A DNA stretch of 64,000 nt, the filler included, from Dimargaris cristalligena (taxonomy: Eukaryota), in the NCBI GenBank assembly GCA_003614675.1. It is 7 parts of 7 records of this genome, joined end to end, with 100 filler letters (N's around TTAATTAATTAA, not from the genome) between each part and the next. Parts side by side here need not be neighbours in the genome. Positions count along the whole stretch, not along the records: positions 37,464 to 46,706 come from ML003277.1; positions 46,807 to 56,005 come from ML003278.1; 5 more parts are not named here. The stretch is one strand, 5' to 3'. The position numbers and the translations under genes are program-made. The notes beneath the pieces were generated by a model, which saw only the letters and a program-made list of their open reading frames with translations, had not been told where the DNA came from and ran no database searches. Positions 37,464-51,047 of the stretch are shown here, in pieces; position 1 is the stretch's first letter; the number at the start of each line of letters is the position of its first letter.

Positions 37464-38301
37464 CCGTTCTCTCCAAAACGCCTAGACAACAAAGAGAGGC
37501 CCATCCGATGGTTATATGGTGTATAATAAGTATCGCTGGTGTTTGTAGCCAAGGTTTAATAGGTATCAGAATGAAACAAGGGAACTTCAACCGCCACATC
37601 GCCATTTCGGGGGTTTGCCCGCTTGGACCTTTTCTTGGCTAGCTGGTGGCGGTAAACCGCACCCAAAACCCGCGGTCCTTCTGGTATGAGATGTAGTGAT
37701 ATACCCACGGAAGTTTGGCTTAGGAAAGTGGTCCTTGGACGTCTCAAAGATGCGTGCTTCGTTGTAAAAGTCCGCGCCCGTTTATTTGGTGATGGCTGAT
37801 GGTGAAGCCCGCATAGGGTCACAAGGCGGGTGGGCAATCGGTGTAGGTTTAATAAAAGAGCAGATAGTCAGAAACCATTGGCTGCCGAGTCCTGCGACGA
37901 TGCCAAGCCTGCCGACGACCAGCTTCCACTCTACCATTCTATTATAAGTAACTATTCTTATATATACCCTTTGCGGGGGGTGACTTATCGCCCCACACAC
38001 ACACACGGTAAGCCTTCTGACTGTCGTAAGCCTTTTTTTAGCTACCCCGATATCCTCTCCCTCTATACCCACGTTCTTCGCATTCAGTGTTTCTATTGCA
38101 AGTCACTTGTGTTCCCACATTCCTTGCTTTTTTACCATTTCTCCACCCTTGGCAACTCCTCGCATTCACCCATTGCCTGCCTAGTAAAGTATTGTTTCAC
38201 CACTAGCACCAGCCTCCCTCCCCCTTCCCCGGCGCTCTAGCCGCCGAACCGACTGACTTCCTTCCCCTCGCCCAACTCCTCTCCCTCCTCCTTTCGCGGA
38301 T

Positions 38302-39486
38302 ATGCCCTTGCCCCCAGTGGTTCTCTTTCTGGCCGGCAGTGCTGCCATTGCCGCTGTGGTGGGTGTTATTCTGCTCCACGAAGCCAACCGCCAACGTTGG
38401 GAACACTCCGAGCACCACCAACATCGCCAAGACAACCACCAATACCACCAGCAACACCACTGGCATAATACCTGTGAGTCCAATGAACCCCGCCATGATA
38501 CCCACACCAACGAACCCGAAAACCACATTTCACTGGACGAGCTCAACCGCCCCAAAGAGCCGGAGAAGCAGCCCCACGACCCCGACCAGAAGGTGCGACA
38601 CCGTACCCAAGGACAGCGTCGTTCAGGGACCTCCTCTTCATCATCATCATCGGCGTCGGCGTCGAAGCCGGCCCGTCGTCCCGACCAGAGCCAACGGGAT
38701 AGCTACTACGAGAGTGTCCAGCAGGAGCACTCCTACCTGAAGGCCATGGAACAGGACAACGAACGGCGTCGCCAGGAATTGCTGTCCGAGCGGCAGCAGC
38801 TGAAGGAACTCGAAGCGGATGTGGAAGCCCGTCGGCATCGACTGGCCCAGGCGGGGGAGGGTAACGGAGTCTCACGGTCGACTAGCGGAGCCACGTTATC
38901 GGCCGCATCGGGGACTAACAACCCGTGGCTGCCGGGCAGTAGCGTCCGTGTACCCGGCTCCCCTCCCACGCTCTTCCAGTCCGCTCCCCATAGCCCCCCC
39001 AGGGGAGGATCCGTGGTCGACCAGGTCGTTCCCTTTACCCTACCTATGAGTGCCCCCACTTCGACCGCCCCCCCGTCACTGCCGGACCACCTCCTGTCCC
39101 CCGGGTTTCAGAGCCAGTGGAGTGGACGGGACGCCTCGCGCCTGCTGATACCGACGTCCCCTCCGGCGTCGGACCCCTTCTTCTCCGCCCACGAGCCCTC
39201 CACTAGCCCGTCCATGAACCCGTTTCCCCATACCCCGTCCCTGTCCAGCGTCGGTGCCCCGCCGGTCCCGCTGCCCTCCCTTATGCTCAGCCCTACGGCC
39301 CTATCCGCCCGCATGAGTGATATGAGTACCGTACTCACGGCCTTGGAAGACAGTCACGAGTCCCTGCCGATGCACGCGCCCTCCAGCACGTCGTCCCGGC
39401 TCCGGGGAAGCATTGCCGCAATGAGACCCCCCTCCGAAGACAGCTGGGTGGAACTCCAGGACCGGTATTCCGACCGGAGTTTGTAA
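38302..39486 (+). CDS. Hypothetical N-anchored membrane protein, 394 aa: TM helix, His/Gln-rich tract, coiled coil, Pro/Ser-rich tail, C-terminal LIR-like SEDSWVEL
   Basis: Long GC-rich ORF with coding-type codon bias; hydrophobic VVLFLAGSAAIAAVVGVILL; charged helical segment LKAMEQDNERRRQELLSERQQLKELEADVEARR. Confidence 0.88.
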   Translation: MPLPPVVLFLAGSAAIAAVVGVILLHEANRQRWEHSEHHQHRQDNHQYHQQHHWHNTCESNEPRHDTHTNEPENHISLDELNRPKEPEKQPHDPDQKVRHRTQGQRRSGTSSSSSSSASASKPARRPDQSQRDSYYESVQQEHSYLKAMEQDNERRRQELLSERQQLKELEADVEARRHRLAQAGEGNGVSRSTSGATLSAASGTNNPWLPGSSVRVPGSPPTLFQSAPHSPPRGGSVVDQVVPFTLPMSAPTSTAPPSLPDHLLSPGFQSQWSGRDASRLLIPTSPPASDPFFSAHEPSTSPSMNPFPHTPSLSSVGAPPVPLPSLMLSPTALSARMSDMSTVLTALEDSHESLPMHAPSSTSSRLRGSIAAMRPPSEDSWVELQDRYSDRSL

Positions 39487-40735
39487 TGGTATAATCAGAG
39501 CCTGATCATTATGCCTAACAGACTCGGAGTGGTTTTGCTGGGCCCGCTTTCATTGACGTAATGGACGCTCAGTGAGTGCCTTTACAGTTTCTTGTAACCC
39601 CCCGACTGGTGTTTTTACTTGCCCTCCCCGCTTCCTCGCCCCCCTTTTTTTCTCTACCTCACTGCCTCACAGCTATACTCATAGTACAGTATACCTCTAC
39701 AATTACCACTCTACCATATATGTATTTCTTCACGACCGCTTTAGGCCATTTCGATATGTATTCATTCGATATATCCCTTCGACTTTCTATCTTTTGGGGG
39801 TATCGACCGTCACTCTCAGTAGAGATTACTAAGCGACTCTGGTGCATTCTGGATCTCTAATAAATTGCCTCCACTCGCATGTAATGAATCAAAATGCACC
39901 CATTTCCTACTCACCCGCTATATTTTATATGTCTCAATACCAACGACAGGCATTACCACACCGCCCCACTTCTATTCCGAGTTTTTTTTTGGGTCGCGAG
40001 CCCTAAGGTTTGTGAGACGGCTACAAAACCTGGGGGGCCGTCATTTTACGGAGGGACATCCACAGCAGCTCTACCCAGAAAACCGGATATCGCGCAGTGA
40101 AGCCCGAGCTTTGCTGGGTTAAGGTGACCCATTGGGCCTTCGCATATTATCGGTTTTAGCCCATCAAATCCCCTTAGAAATTACATTATGGGAGGGGTTC
40201 AACTATGCTATACACCAAAAAATCCGTTGGATGAGCCAAGAAGTACTACTGGTTAAAAATGAACCTCCTGTCTATTTTCTCATACACACATCATTTCAAG
40301 CCTTATATAGCTGGGCTGGATTTCACCCATATATACCCTTCAACAGGGAAATCTAATACAATTATATAGAAGGCAGAATATAAGTTTAGGGGTGAAGAAA
40401 GGGGGGGGATATACTGTTAGCTAGTAAACCATGTCCCATCAACCTGTGCATTTGTTCCATGGCACGGCACGGCTGAGCCCAGTCCTTTTGGGGGTCGCTG
40501 TATTTCCACCCACCATACCCTCTAGTCACCCTTGTTGGAGCCAAGCAGATGGGCCAAAGAGGAGGGCTTCACAGAGTAGGCGATGGAACCAGCAAGACCA
40601 GCCAACCTTTCAATCCATTGGACAATGTGGATGACGGTGAATTCAAGAACAGCAGCCGTCTGCTCGAAAACTATGCACATCTCCCCTCTCCTTTTCCTCG
40701 CCTCGTCGAATTTACCATTGGGCTGAGTCGCAAAT

Positions 40736-40766
<31 letters not shown>

Positions 40767-42165
40767 AAAGAGAAATACTAGTCATCCGGCTAATCAATGG
40801 AGGCAAACCCAGATATTTATAGACCCGCTCTATGTAGAATAATAGGGGATGTTCAATCTGATTGCACAACGATATGTTCGGTTGATTGGCCCACTCCGAA
40901 TACCTCAAAGGGCTATTTGTTACTTGGGAGGAACAGACCTCTCTCTCTACACAATGGGCGGGGATATAAACCTGGTGTGGTGCTTTAGTGCTATCGACAG
41001 TGTGGTTCCGTTATAGGCTAGTGGGAGGAATATGGGGACGACGCGTATAGGGGTTGGCTTCATTTTTCCCGTATAATATGCCGATAAAAGGGTAAAAATG
41101 AATAAAGGTATATAATTTACTTCAACTTGGTATAACTTATCGAATTTTGGCGCATTTAAGGCTTATTTTAGTTGTGCAGAGGGACTCAGCGTCTCCCATA
41201 TGATTATTGATACGGAAATAGCTATGGCAAAGAACCCTCTTGGACTAGAGGGGGGCGGCAGGAGTTGCTTTTGATAGAAACCGACACGTACCAATACGCT
41301 CGTTTAGATGACTGTTGTGGTGGCTATTGTATTAGTCAAAATACCCATTTCGTTTCGAATAATTCGCGATGGTTGAAACGCCATATAGACCGAATGGCCA
41401 CAAGGGAAAGTAGCACAAGCAAAATCTACCGCGGTCTTCTCGCGTACGCTACTCTACCATTTCCGTTAGCCAACCTTCATCTGCTAGAGTGAATTCGCAG
41501 CAAAAAGCAGTGAAATATAAATAAGTGTTGTTGGCGGTGGTCTATACATAGGGAGGGTTTGGCTTTACTCCCTGTATAGTTTCATAATCGACCCCAGGCA
41601 AGTGCCGATTAAATGGAATACTTCAAGTGAAATCCGCCGCAACGCCTTCGTAGTTTATTATATTTATCCAACCCCTACTTTGTCATGGGAGAAGTTATTG
41701 GTGGGGGGACATAATGCCCCCAGAAAAAAAAGCGAACAGCTAAATCTAATATCCACGACGGCAGCAGAAGGAGTCTTGTGCTTCATTGCTATGGCCTTTT
41801 GTTGGTCTAGAGAGAAACGCGAACTTGGAAAGCACCAATCAGCAATACTGGTGTTCCCAAACTGTCGACTTGCGAAACGTACCAGCAAAACGGAAAATCC
41901 CGTTAAAATAGTTCTATAGACCAACCGCTAACTGATCAGTAGAGGCGGCCCGTCGGAGGGTCCTTTAGGCGGGTAAAACGGTATAAAGCGTAGTGGGTGT
42001 CTTGTGCCGATTAGCCCGCCATTCCTATCTTTGAAATTATCTCTGCCCCCGTAGTGAATTAGGTCACCTATTCGGCATTATTATTTTTGCTAATTCTCGA
42101 CGCTTAGGCCATTCTACCCTTCCAACAGCCTGGCCGTTAGAAACATCTCCTTGCTATCCGCCATT

Positions 42166-44027
42166 ATGCAGCCTCGCTATATTGGCCTACTTTCCCTGGC
42201 CGTACTCAGCCTCTTGCTCAACAGCTACTGCGGTGCTAGCGCTACAAACAGCAACCAGCTGGGGACCAAAGAGAAAACTGGACTCCAAGATCAAGTCTAC
42301 CTTGGATCCGGCCAAAAGGAGGGCTTTGCGTCAAATGAAGCTCTACTGGGTCACAGTTCGAATAGCAAAGGATCTGATAGCACCAAGACGTCTGCCGAGA
42401 TTGATCGATTATCTATACTACCCGGTGGGCTCCTTGACCGGATTTTGGACATATCCCTCAATGCTAAAACATACCCTGAACTAATGAAAACCTCCAGAGT
42501 GGTAGCGCGTCGAACCTTAGACAGGCCCACTGTAAGAGTCCTGGTAAGTGTGAACCATATTGTCTATAGGTTACTGGAGACAAAGTATTCCTGTTTATAT
42601 AGCTGCATCCGGGTGGCGCGTGCTAATGTGTTAGAATAGGTGACAGAGTCGGCATCCGGTCTATATGTGTAAGGTCCAAATATACCCTGTTTTCTGCAGC
42701 TTATATGAGTGTATATACGCCGATATTCCTTACAAAAAGCCTCCGAATCGTACTGGCTTTATTTTTCTACGAAATCTAACCAGTGCCTTACAATTCCACA
42801 TCGCCAACTACCCATACCTAGATGGCCTATGACGAACTCCAAGCTAGCCTTAAAAGATATGAATACTATCACGATATCGATAGTCCGGAACCGAGAGAGA
42901 GATCTGCCAAAATCCTGAAGGCTAACCGGGTAACTAGGCGCCATAATCGTCTAGTAGCGACCCGGGCCACTTTTGATCCCTGGCAAAAGCTACTCCGCCA
43001 CCAGTTCGCCATATTATTTTGGAGATATGCCTGTGTTACTATTCGTACCGCCTACACTGTTGAGAATATCGACGGAGCCGAGAGGCTTACATCCGAAACT
43101 GGTGGCATTGATAAATATCATCTTCATAGCCTCCTGATAATTGGCCAAGGTAGCCCTGCTTTCGAACAAGACGCCCGGCGATTCATCGATCCGACCCAAC
43201 TGTCACCAGATACCCTGACAAAACAATTGCCGCACCTACACTTGGTGGAGGTATATAAAAACTCCTCCGAAATTATCGAGGTACTTGTCACTCTGACCAA
43301 CCCCCGATTGCATGGATTTGTTAATTCTGAATGGAAGCAAGCCCGAGTATCCGAAAATGGCTATGCGAAGGGTCCCTTGGTAAACTTAGTCGAGTTTTTA
43401 TGGAAACCTGACTACAGCGAGGGATTGGAGAATCCTTTCATAGAAATAGCTACCGCTGTGACCGCCCAAATTATGGCCTATTTGGCTCTAAAGGGATACC
43501 ATGTCCTGTTTCACGAATTCGTGGCCGGCCTCCGAAAGACCCAAGCCGGCTACAGGACTGATTATCGCTCAAGTCTCGGTGAATTCGGCACATTGGCCGT
43601 TATATTGGGGGCCATTACTGGCCAAGTGGACCTGGTGCGTATGCTGCCCCACAACATTATCGGCATTCCCCCCGATTCCCGGACGCCTCCCACGATGCTT
43701 CAAGATAACTGCTCTATAGCCAAGGTAATGCACCAGATTAATTTGGTCAAGAGCGCGGAGTTTCTTGAAGCAACCCTGGAATGCCCAAAATCTAGGTTTG
43801 ACCAACTACCTGAAGAGGACCGAAAAGCCGATGAGCCCAACTTTAGATATCTCCGGCAATTACGACTCGTTGACAGTGGCGAGGTACCCCAAATGGGTGT
43901 ACCGGTTATTATTTCAGAGTTTAGTGCCCACTACAGAACGTGGCTTACAGATCTTGGGCCTTGGGAACACGATTATAATTGGAAGGTTGGCGAATTGTTT
44001 CTCGACCAACGACCCGACCGAGTATAG
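42166..44027 (+). CDS. Secreted hypothetical protein with F-box-like segment; 2 exons (42166-42543, 42822-44027), 527 aa
   Basis: Signal peptide MQPRYIGLLSLAVLSLLLNSYCGASA. Phase-0 donor CTG|GTAAGT and acceptor CCTAG|ATG join two ORFs that the track lists separately. Confidence 0.8.
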
Positions 44028-46706
44028 TCCCAAAGCGAAGTAAATCTATAAATCATCGTTGGCTACGTTTTCCTCTCTTGATTTTAAGCTACATATATGT
44101 GCCCAATTGACCAAGTCCACTTTGTGGGCCAGTATTACCTTAATAAAATCCAAACCGTGACTATAATGATAGCCCTGTACCAATACTTCCCCTCTCAGTA
44201 CTTCAAATTGATTGTCCCGTCTGCGAGCTCTTGTTTAATACTGAACAATGGTGATATGTGAGGTGTTGGTGGATGGGTAAATGAATTACCGGGCTTACTA
44301 AGTGAGAGATTTGTAAGATTTGGTCCGATAAATTAAGTTTTTAATTGCTAATAGGTTATGGCTGCTTGCCTACACTCTCTACCAGATGTGGTCCAAAGCA
44401 ACTCCATTCAAGTGCAGGTTTGTACATGGGATTATAAAACTACAAAAAGGGGTGTCCCTTTACGCCTATTCAGTCATTTCAGAATTAATTTTGCTAATTT
44501 CTGTGGGGCCCATGCTGGTTTGTAATGGTGTTACCGTCATCAATCGTTTAGACCGTCCTTATTGTTGCCTGCCTACTGTCTTAGCTCAGATAACATACAC
44601 ATCACCGGCCAACATACTATGAATGTCCCGGCTCACGGTCTCTCATTACAATAATGTCCGAATAATAGACCTCGCAATCGTTCACCTAGTATTCTACTTA
44701 TATCAGAGCAATCATATTGAGTTTTCATATATGGAGCTTACCGCTATTGCCACCAAGAGGGGAGGGTTATTATCTTAATCCATGTGCTATTGCACTGGCG
44801 GTACTTCACTTAACAATACACCAGTCATGGGTATGTTACACCCGGTAAATAGTACATGCGGAGAGAAGTGTGTTATAATAATCAAGTGCATATGGTAGTT
44901 ATAGATAATTAAAGGAATGCTAGTCCAGACTCCAAGGCGTACAACTGCCTACAGTTATAGGAGGTTGCGGTATTTAATATAAGCCTGTATATAGACTCAT
45001 TGTTGGAAATGTGTGGTCGACATTGGAATACTACACGGTCTTGTGAATCATATCTACAAGAGGGTATACTATATAGAAATGTGGTATTTGACCCGAGACT
45101 GCATTTATTGTCGCCTTCTACAAGTATTTAATGCCATTACTTTGGCACAATTATATTTGGACCTGCAGGATTACCCTTCTCTCCAGTCGCCATTATACTA
45201 AATTAAATGATGCTGCTCAGAAGAGGCTCGCTTATAATTGAGCACGATGGTGCCATATTAATAGCTATTCAATCCTATTTTTTCCCAACACCCTACTATA
45301 TCTATTTTATTGTGGGTGTATCAACAGGCCAGTGAAAATGGTCAGTTTTGGAAAAGGGTCACTGAGTAATGGAAAACAGTTACCATTGATAGTAAGGCCA
45401 AACCCGGGGTCTCACAAGATTCAATCTAACCATCGCGGCTTTTCATCGAAGTTCGCGTTTCCAGAGAGGGCAAATAGATGAATTACGGAACGGGGTTGGC
45501 CCCCATACCTTCTGCCCGCCAGGGGCGCCATAATTGGTGAGGGGGGGAGTATACCTTGTATTTTTAGGTGGCTGTACTGCCCAGATCATGGGACTATGTA
45601 ATAGTAATCCGGCTTACCTCATGGCCAATATCGTTCCCTGCCGATTGCCATGAATAGGTGGGCCTTGGTCCCTAGTCCATTCAGATCGAGCCCCCTGACT
45701 TAGTCAAGAACAATTAAACCACAGTGTTGGGGGTTGGGAGATCCCTGTTTAATATAGCCAGCATATGATTGCCCAAATAATACTGATATGCCGCCACTGG
45801 GCTAATTCATACCGGCACCAAGCTAGAAACGCACATTTCAGGAAAACTCACATCTCTTCAATTAATCGTTTATGGCATTGTAAGGAGGGTTATTCACAGG
45901 CTGCCATCCATAGCATTGTTAACCGCGGTATGTGGCCCGCATGCCTATATAACTTAGCGGTGAACTACTCATGTTTGAAGGGTAGTTGAGTTACCATGGT
46001 GTCGACTTTACTATAAAGCAAACCGCCGGGATGTCAATTGATTACTATTAAGGCGAGGTGCGTTTCTTGGGCGAGCTATGTTGAAGCCTGGGTTGAATAG
46101 GGAGTATGGACAATGGTTGGGGGTTGGTCATGTTGGTGATTATTCATGGCTGGGCTTGGCGCAAAGCAGGCCGCGCGGATCTCGTTTTTGAACTATTTTA
46201 ATTTGGCCTGGCAGGTTTTAAATAGCACTTAAAGCGGGAACTGGAAGCTCCTTTGGCCTACTTTTGGATACCTTTTTCCTAGTCCAACTACTTTAGCCAG
46301 TCGTCTTCCAGCGACTTTCGGATTAACCAGCTTAATTGGCCTGGCCGCTCGCTTCTTCGGTGGTATTTCCTGAGGCACTGTTACGTCTTCCGACTTCCAG
46401 TTCGTTAATGCATTACTGCAGCCTTCCAACTCGTGAGGGCCTGCTTCAGTGCCGGCGAACGAGGAGACGGCGGCCATCCACGGTGGTGGGAATTACCCGG
46501 CATTGCGGCTGACACATCTGGACTCTGATAGACTGCCGACATCACTCCTTCATTGTGGCCCACCAACACTGAGTCTATTTTAAGGGGGCTGAGAAAGGAC
46601 TCCCTGTCGACAAGTCCGCTTATCCCGGCTGGCGGTGTATTATATTCCCTTTTTTTCCCCTTACCTGGTGTGTGCTATTGTGTTGACCATCCCGCAGGAG
46701 ACAGCT

Positions 46707-46806
46707 NNNNNNNNNNNNNNNNNNNNNNNNNNNNNNNNNNNNNNNNNNNNTTAATTAATTAANNNNNNNNNNNNNNNNNNNNNNNNNNNNNNNNNNNNNN
46801 NNNNNN
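46707..46806. other. Artificial contig linker
   Basis: N44-TTAATTAATTAA-N44. Confidence 0.99.
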
Positions 46807-49800
46807 GGGGAATTAGGTGGTATAGTTAAGTGATGTATGAATAATGGAAGGGGAGGGGGTTTGTATTTATATGAGCATTTACAAGGCCGATCACACTCAT
46901 TATTTGAGAATCTTTTAACGATGCTTTCTGGGACATGCCCTCTAGCAGTATCTATTCATTGATGGTTGCCTTCATTCAACCATTGTATGGGATGCTAAGT
47001 GGCGCCGCAGGGATTGATCGGGGACAGTTTGCAACTTGAGGACGTAGTCCAATCAGACATTTGCGGGCACGTCACGCGGGCTCGCTATACCCTTTTCATA
47101 CCCCTGGGCCTGTTATGATAGTCGTGCTTCGGGGGGGGGGGGGGGGGGAGGGTGCGGCCTTTGCAATACCAGCTCAACGAAGTTGATGAGCATTCTGTTT
47201 CCCACACATCCCTCAGACAGTTAGCGGTATTCTGTGGGATGCCTCTAGTTTATAATCGGGTATATTCGGGCTATATTTTTATATTTCGCTCGAAAAATGT
47301 TAGCTCCCTGAAGAATACTTAGTCACGCCGTAAATGGCTCTTAACCACTGCGGGCAAGGATATTGGCTAGGTTAGGGAGGAGGTTGGGCACATGCGCTGT
47401 CCCTCTAAACTGGCGTAGGTCGGTGGGTTCCTTCAGCCGCGCCCAATGATTTGTCGAATGCTACAGTGCTGAGGGGATTGTCCTGTCATTTTCGGAGAAA
47501 TGCCGCTACATGACTCTACTTGAGTTGAGGAGGTCATTGGCGACGATGCTAGCCCCTTGAATCACGATTGCCTAATAAGGCAATGAAGACAGACCTGCTA
47601 TAAGGGGCTGCTTAGGCCTACCGGGTACTATTAGTCATTTTTTAGAAAAAGGCAATCATTTTCAATATGGAAGGTTTCTTGATTTCCTGCGAAATCTTCA
47701 ATGGGATTGGCCTAGGCTTACTCGCATGTTGGGGGCGACAGGGCTGGCTGAGCTGAATAGCAAATTTTCCGGTTCGCACAGAGCGATTGGCACATTGAGG
47801 AAGTCATTACGACGCAGCCCTCCAATTAACTGACAAGGAGGGCAGTAGCCTTTACAATCAAAGTAGTGGACACATCATCCAAAAAAAGCGCTGCCCATTT
47901 CCACTATAAGTTTCTTCTACAGATAACAGCCCCTGGGCCATCCTTACCAATGCACAAATACACTCCGCCTCTCAGACCTACACGCATGGGAAGGCGGCAT
48001 TGATTGGTAGGTGGTGCACCAATATAGAATTAATGAGTTTTTAATGCTATAATACAAACACAAATACTGAGTTTGCCAATGAGCCCACTGATAGCGTTTT
48101 CAGGATAAATGGGTGGATTCAGGAAACCAAAACGAATCACGAATTGGGTATTAAATTCCCACCGCGACCTAGAAAAATTAGTAGCTACACTCTTGTTAAA
48201 GTATTAAAATAAATGATAATCTTTACACGTGTGAAACGACACCCGGTGCTATTTCCCATTAGTAAAGAGGCTCGACCCACTCCTTGAATCATCAGGCAAC
48301 GGAAATCCAGACTGAGAAATAAATGTTATAGTCATTCAGATTTTTGTAATAGAGGGTAAGAATTACTAACAAAATAAGTTTTGCGGGGTTTCAAGTATAT
48401 TTTCTAAAATGTGGTTAATGTATGTATATTGGAATTTTATGATAGAGTGTTATTTAAGGTAATTGTACTGGCGAATATAAGGTCAGACAGGGGGTTTACA
48501 CTGGCAAGTTTAGAAAAATAGTAGTATGTACCAGGTTACTGTTATATTTAAATGTATATGGGTGAAGTTCAGCTTGGTTGTATAAGGTTTTAACCGATAT
48601 GTGTATGGGAAAATTGGTGGGATGTTTATATTCAATCAGTAGTACTTTACCTGCCTTATCAAATGGTTTTTTCGTTATACAGCCTTGTTGAACTACTCCC
48701 ATATGGATAGGATTCAGCGCAGCTGTAAAAGGCTTTAAGTAAAGAATGGATGGGAAAATATGATGGAGATTTGGTTTTAACCAGTCGGAATATTTCGAAT
48801 TGTATACCGTATTATAATTTAGTTAGACTGGTGGGAAAAGGCAATCCACCCGCCCGAACTTTCTGGCAAATCCTTATGAGTTTGTCAGGTAGCACATTGG
48901 TAGACCCCATTGAGTACTTTAAGTCGGGTAAGCACCAATAGAATGAGAATTCGGTACTAATAACCGACCAACGCGTTTATTCTGCTTGCGGTTCAGGTCA
49001 TATCTATCAATATAAGGTAAGTTCAACCTAACTGAATAGGGAAAAAGCGGAGTGCTAAAGAGAGAAAATCCTGTTAAACACAAGACACTCATCCACCTTC
49101 CCAATTGCAATGTGCAATAAACCCTATTCAATTGGGAAGGACGTCTCCTGTATAATGATGGTATCCAAAAAGTGATATATTTTCTACGCGTTCTTAACCC
49201 CTATTCCAATAGCCCTCCTATTTGGGGATAGCCCTTACAATATGGGATTGGTTGATGTTACACTAGTTTTCTTAGTGTAGCAATTAACGTTTAGCTGAGT
49301 AGAGCTTAATCCATAGCAATAGTTTCCCTTGGGAAAAATCGACAGTCATCCGAACCAGTCTGTTCGTATTCCTCGAACGTCCTTCGCGAAGGGGTAGCAA
49401 GTGACCTTGAGCTGACAAACCATTGGCTTAAGTACACAGTTCTAAACCCAAAATATTCCCGGGAGATGATACTTTTTACCAGGGCTGGATATTACAAGCG
49501 CGTATTCCTTGGTAATGCACAGCATGGGGCGTATTGGCATTTGGCCACTGTGATGTTTTAAGGGCGCATTCGTTTGAAGTACTTGGTGGGACGGCATTCT
49601 ATACTGACAACGATAGCGCCTAATGGGGGCCCAATATCAGCTAGTGCTATATCAAAGTCTAACAAGTATGGATCATTAATCTTTAAATGCTAATTGCATG
49701 CCTGTATTAACAAGGATACCGTAGTAAGATAGTTGGGGTTGGGGTATCAGTGGGACTTCCCATCGCTTCAATAGGGCAATACGCTGGGGAGTCAGGGGGG

Positions 49801-50714
49801 TTACTGAACGAGGCATTATGAGCGAGTCTGAGAATCGCTCAGTGGACTGGTTAGGGAGAAGGGGCCAGCGAGAACTGGAGGAAAATCGTACCCGTATAAA
49901 GGTTACATTAATGGTGACATGCAATCATAAAGTAGTGAATTAGTTTGTCCACGGGCACTCGCAAGGAAATGCTGGTCACCTTCTTTACGTTTAGGCCGTG
50001 TAAATGTACGACACCATTACGTACCCCATGGCCATTACCTATGCCTAATAGTGGATGTCGCAATGCCATACTGGAGTGGGTGGGTATGGCATTTCGCTGG
50101 AAAGTCAGGGCGGAATACGCACCTGGGCAAAGACCTGATTTCGATTGTTATGGCTCGTTTTTCCTTGGTAGTCATTTATCTAATTCTTAAAATAGTGAAC
50201 TTTGTACACAGATATTAGTTTAATGCGAATAATGGCTTGCTGATTCACCTATTTTCTTAACTTCATTGACCACTATAACTTGGCCTAGTCATGGATAATC
50301 AATTTTCAGTGTAACGGGCCCTTCAAAGCATTGGTGTTGAATTGTATAGCTTTTCAGCCGGTCCTGTATAAGGCTGGGTAAAAAAGGCCCAGGTGAAAGT
50401 ATTCTGCGGTGATATATTACTACTCAATTAGATATTTCATATTGGCTGTTATAGTGATACTTTGTTCTTTCAATACAAAGAGTGGTGGTTGGCTATGTCG
50501 AAGAAGATATATGCCTTATCCCAACTCGGCCTGTTTTAGAATATATTAAAATTGACTTGCCAGTTCTTCGTCATGCGTAGCGGTGTAGAGCCATAGTATA
50601 CACCAAGTCCAGTATCCTTTTCCTGCTTCACTGAATTCTATTATATCAATTCTACACATAATTCGAGGAATCTCCCTACCACTATAGCCACAACACCTAT
50701 CAAGTAATCGTATG

Positions 50715-50730
50715 AGAATCACGTGATTCT
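50715..50730. promoter_or_regulatory. Perfect 16-bp palindrome with CACGTG (bHLH E-box, Cbf1-like) core upstream of RPB5
   Basis: AGAATCACGTGATTCT about 320 bp before the RPB5 ATG. Confidence 0.45.
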
Positions 50731-51047
50731 AATCTTCTAACCTGCTGGCTTAGTGTAATTTGACAGTGGGGCGCGGGTGTTATTGAGAGCATTCCTTTAC
50801 CTTTTTTTTCTGTGGAATAGGCTGGTGGGGGAGTAGCAGTGGTGCACCGTAGGTACTTCGGATTTTTTTGTAGTATACTTGAATTCGCCATTGTGCTTGT
50901 ACCATTTCTTTTCCTAATGTATTTTCCGCTCTAATTCTGGTCACTAACTTTACGTGTGGACTTGCATTCATCGAGTTCTCTATATATTTTCTTTTCTTCC
51001 ACCAACGTTCATATTGTTTCCATTCCGTACATTTCTTATCAACCAAA

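Noticed and set aside
46229-46477. 82-aa basic minus-strand ORF near a contig end
   Set aside because: No recognisable motif or clear gene structure; could be a terminal exon but cannot be supported.
47131-47148. G18 homopolymer (possible G-quadruplex)
   Set aside because: Isolated homopolymer with no context; length unreliable in assemblies.
46807-51000. 4-kb ORF-poor region searched for TEs, snRNA/snoRNA or riboswitch motifs
   Set aside because: No terminal repeats, transposase/RT motifs or recognisable RNA-family signatures seen by eye; the short ORFs lack coding bias.
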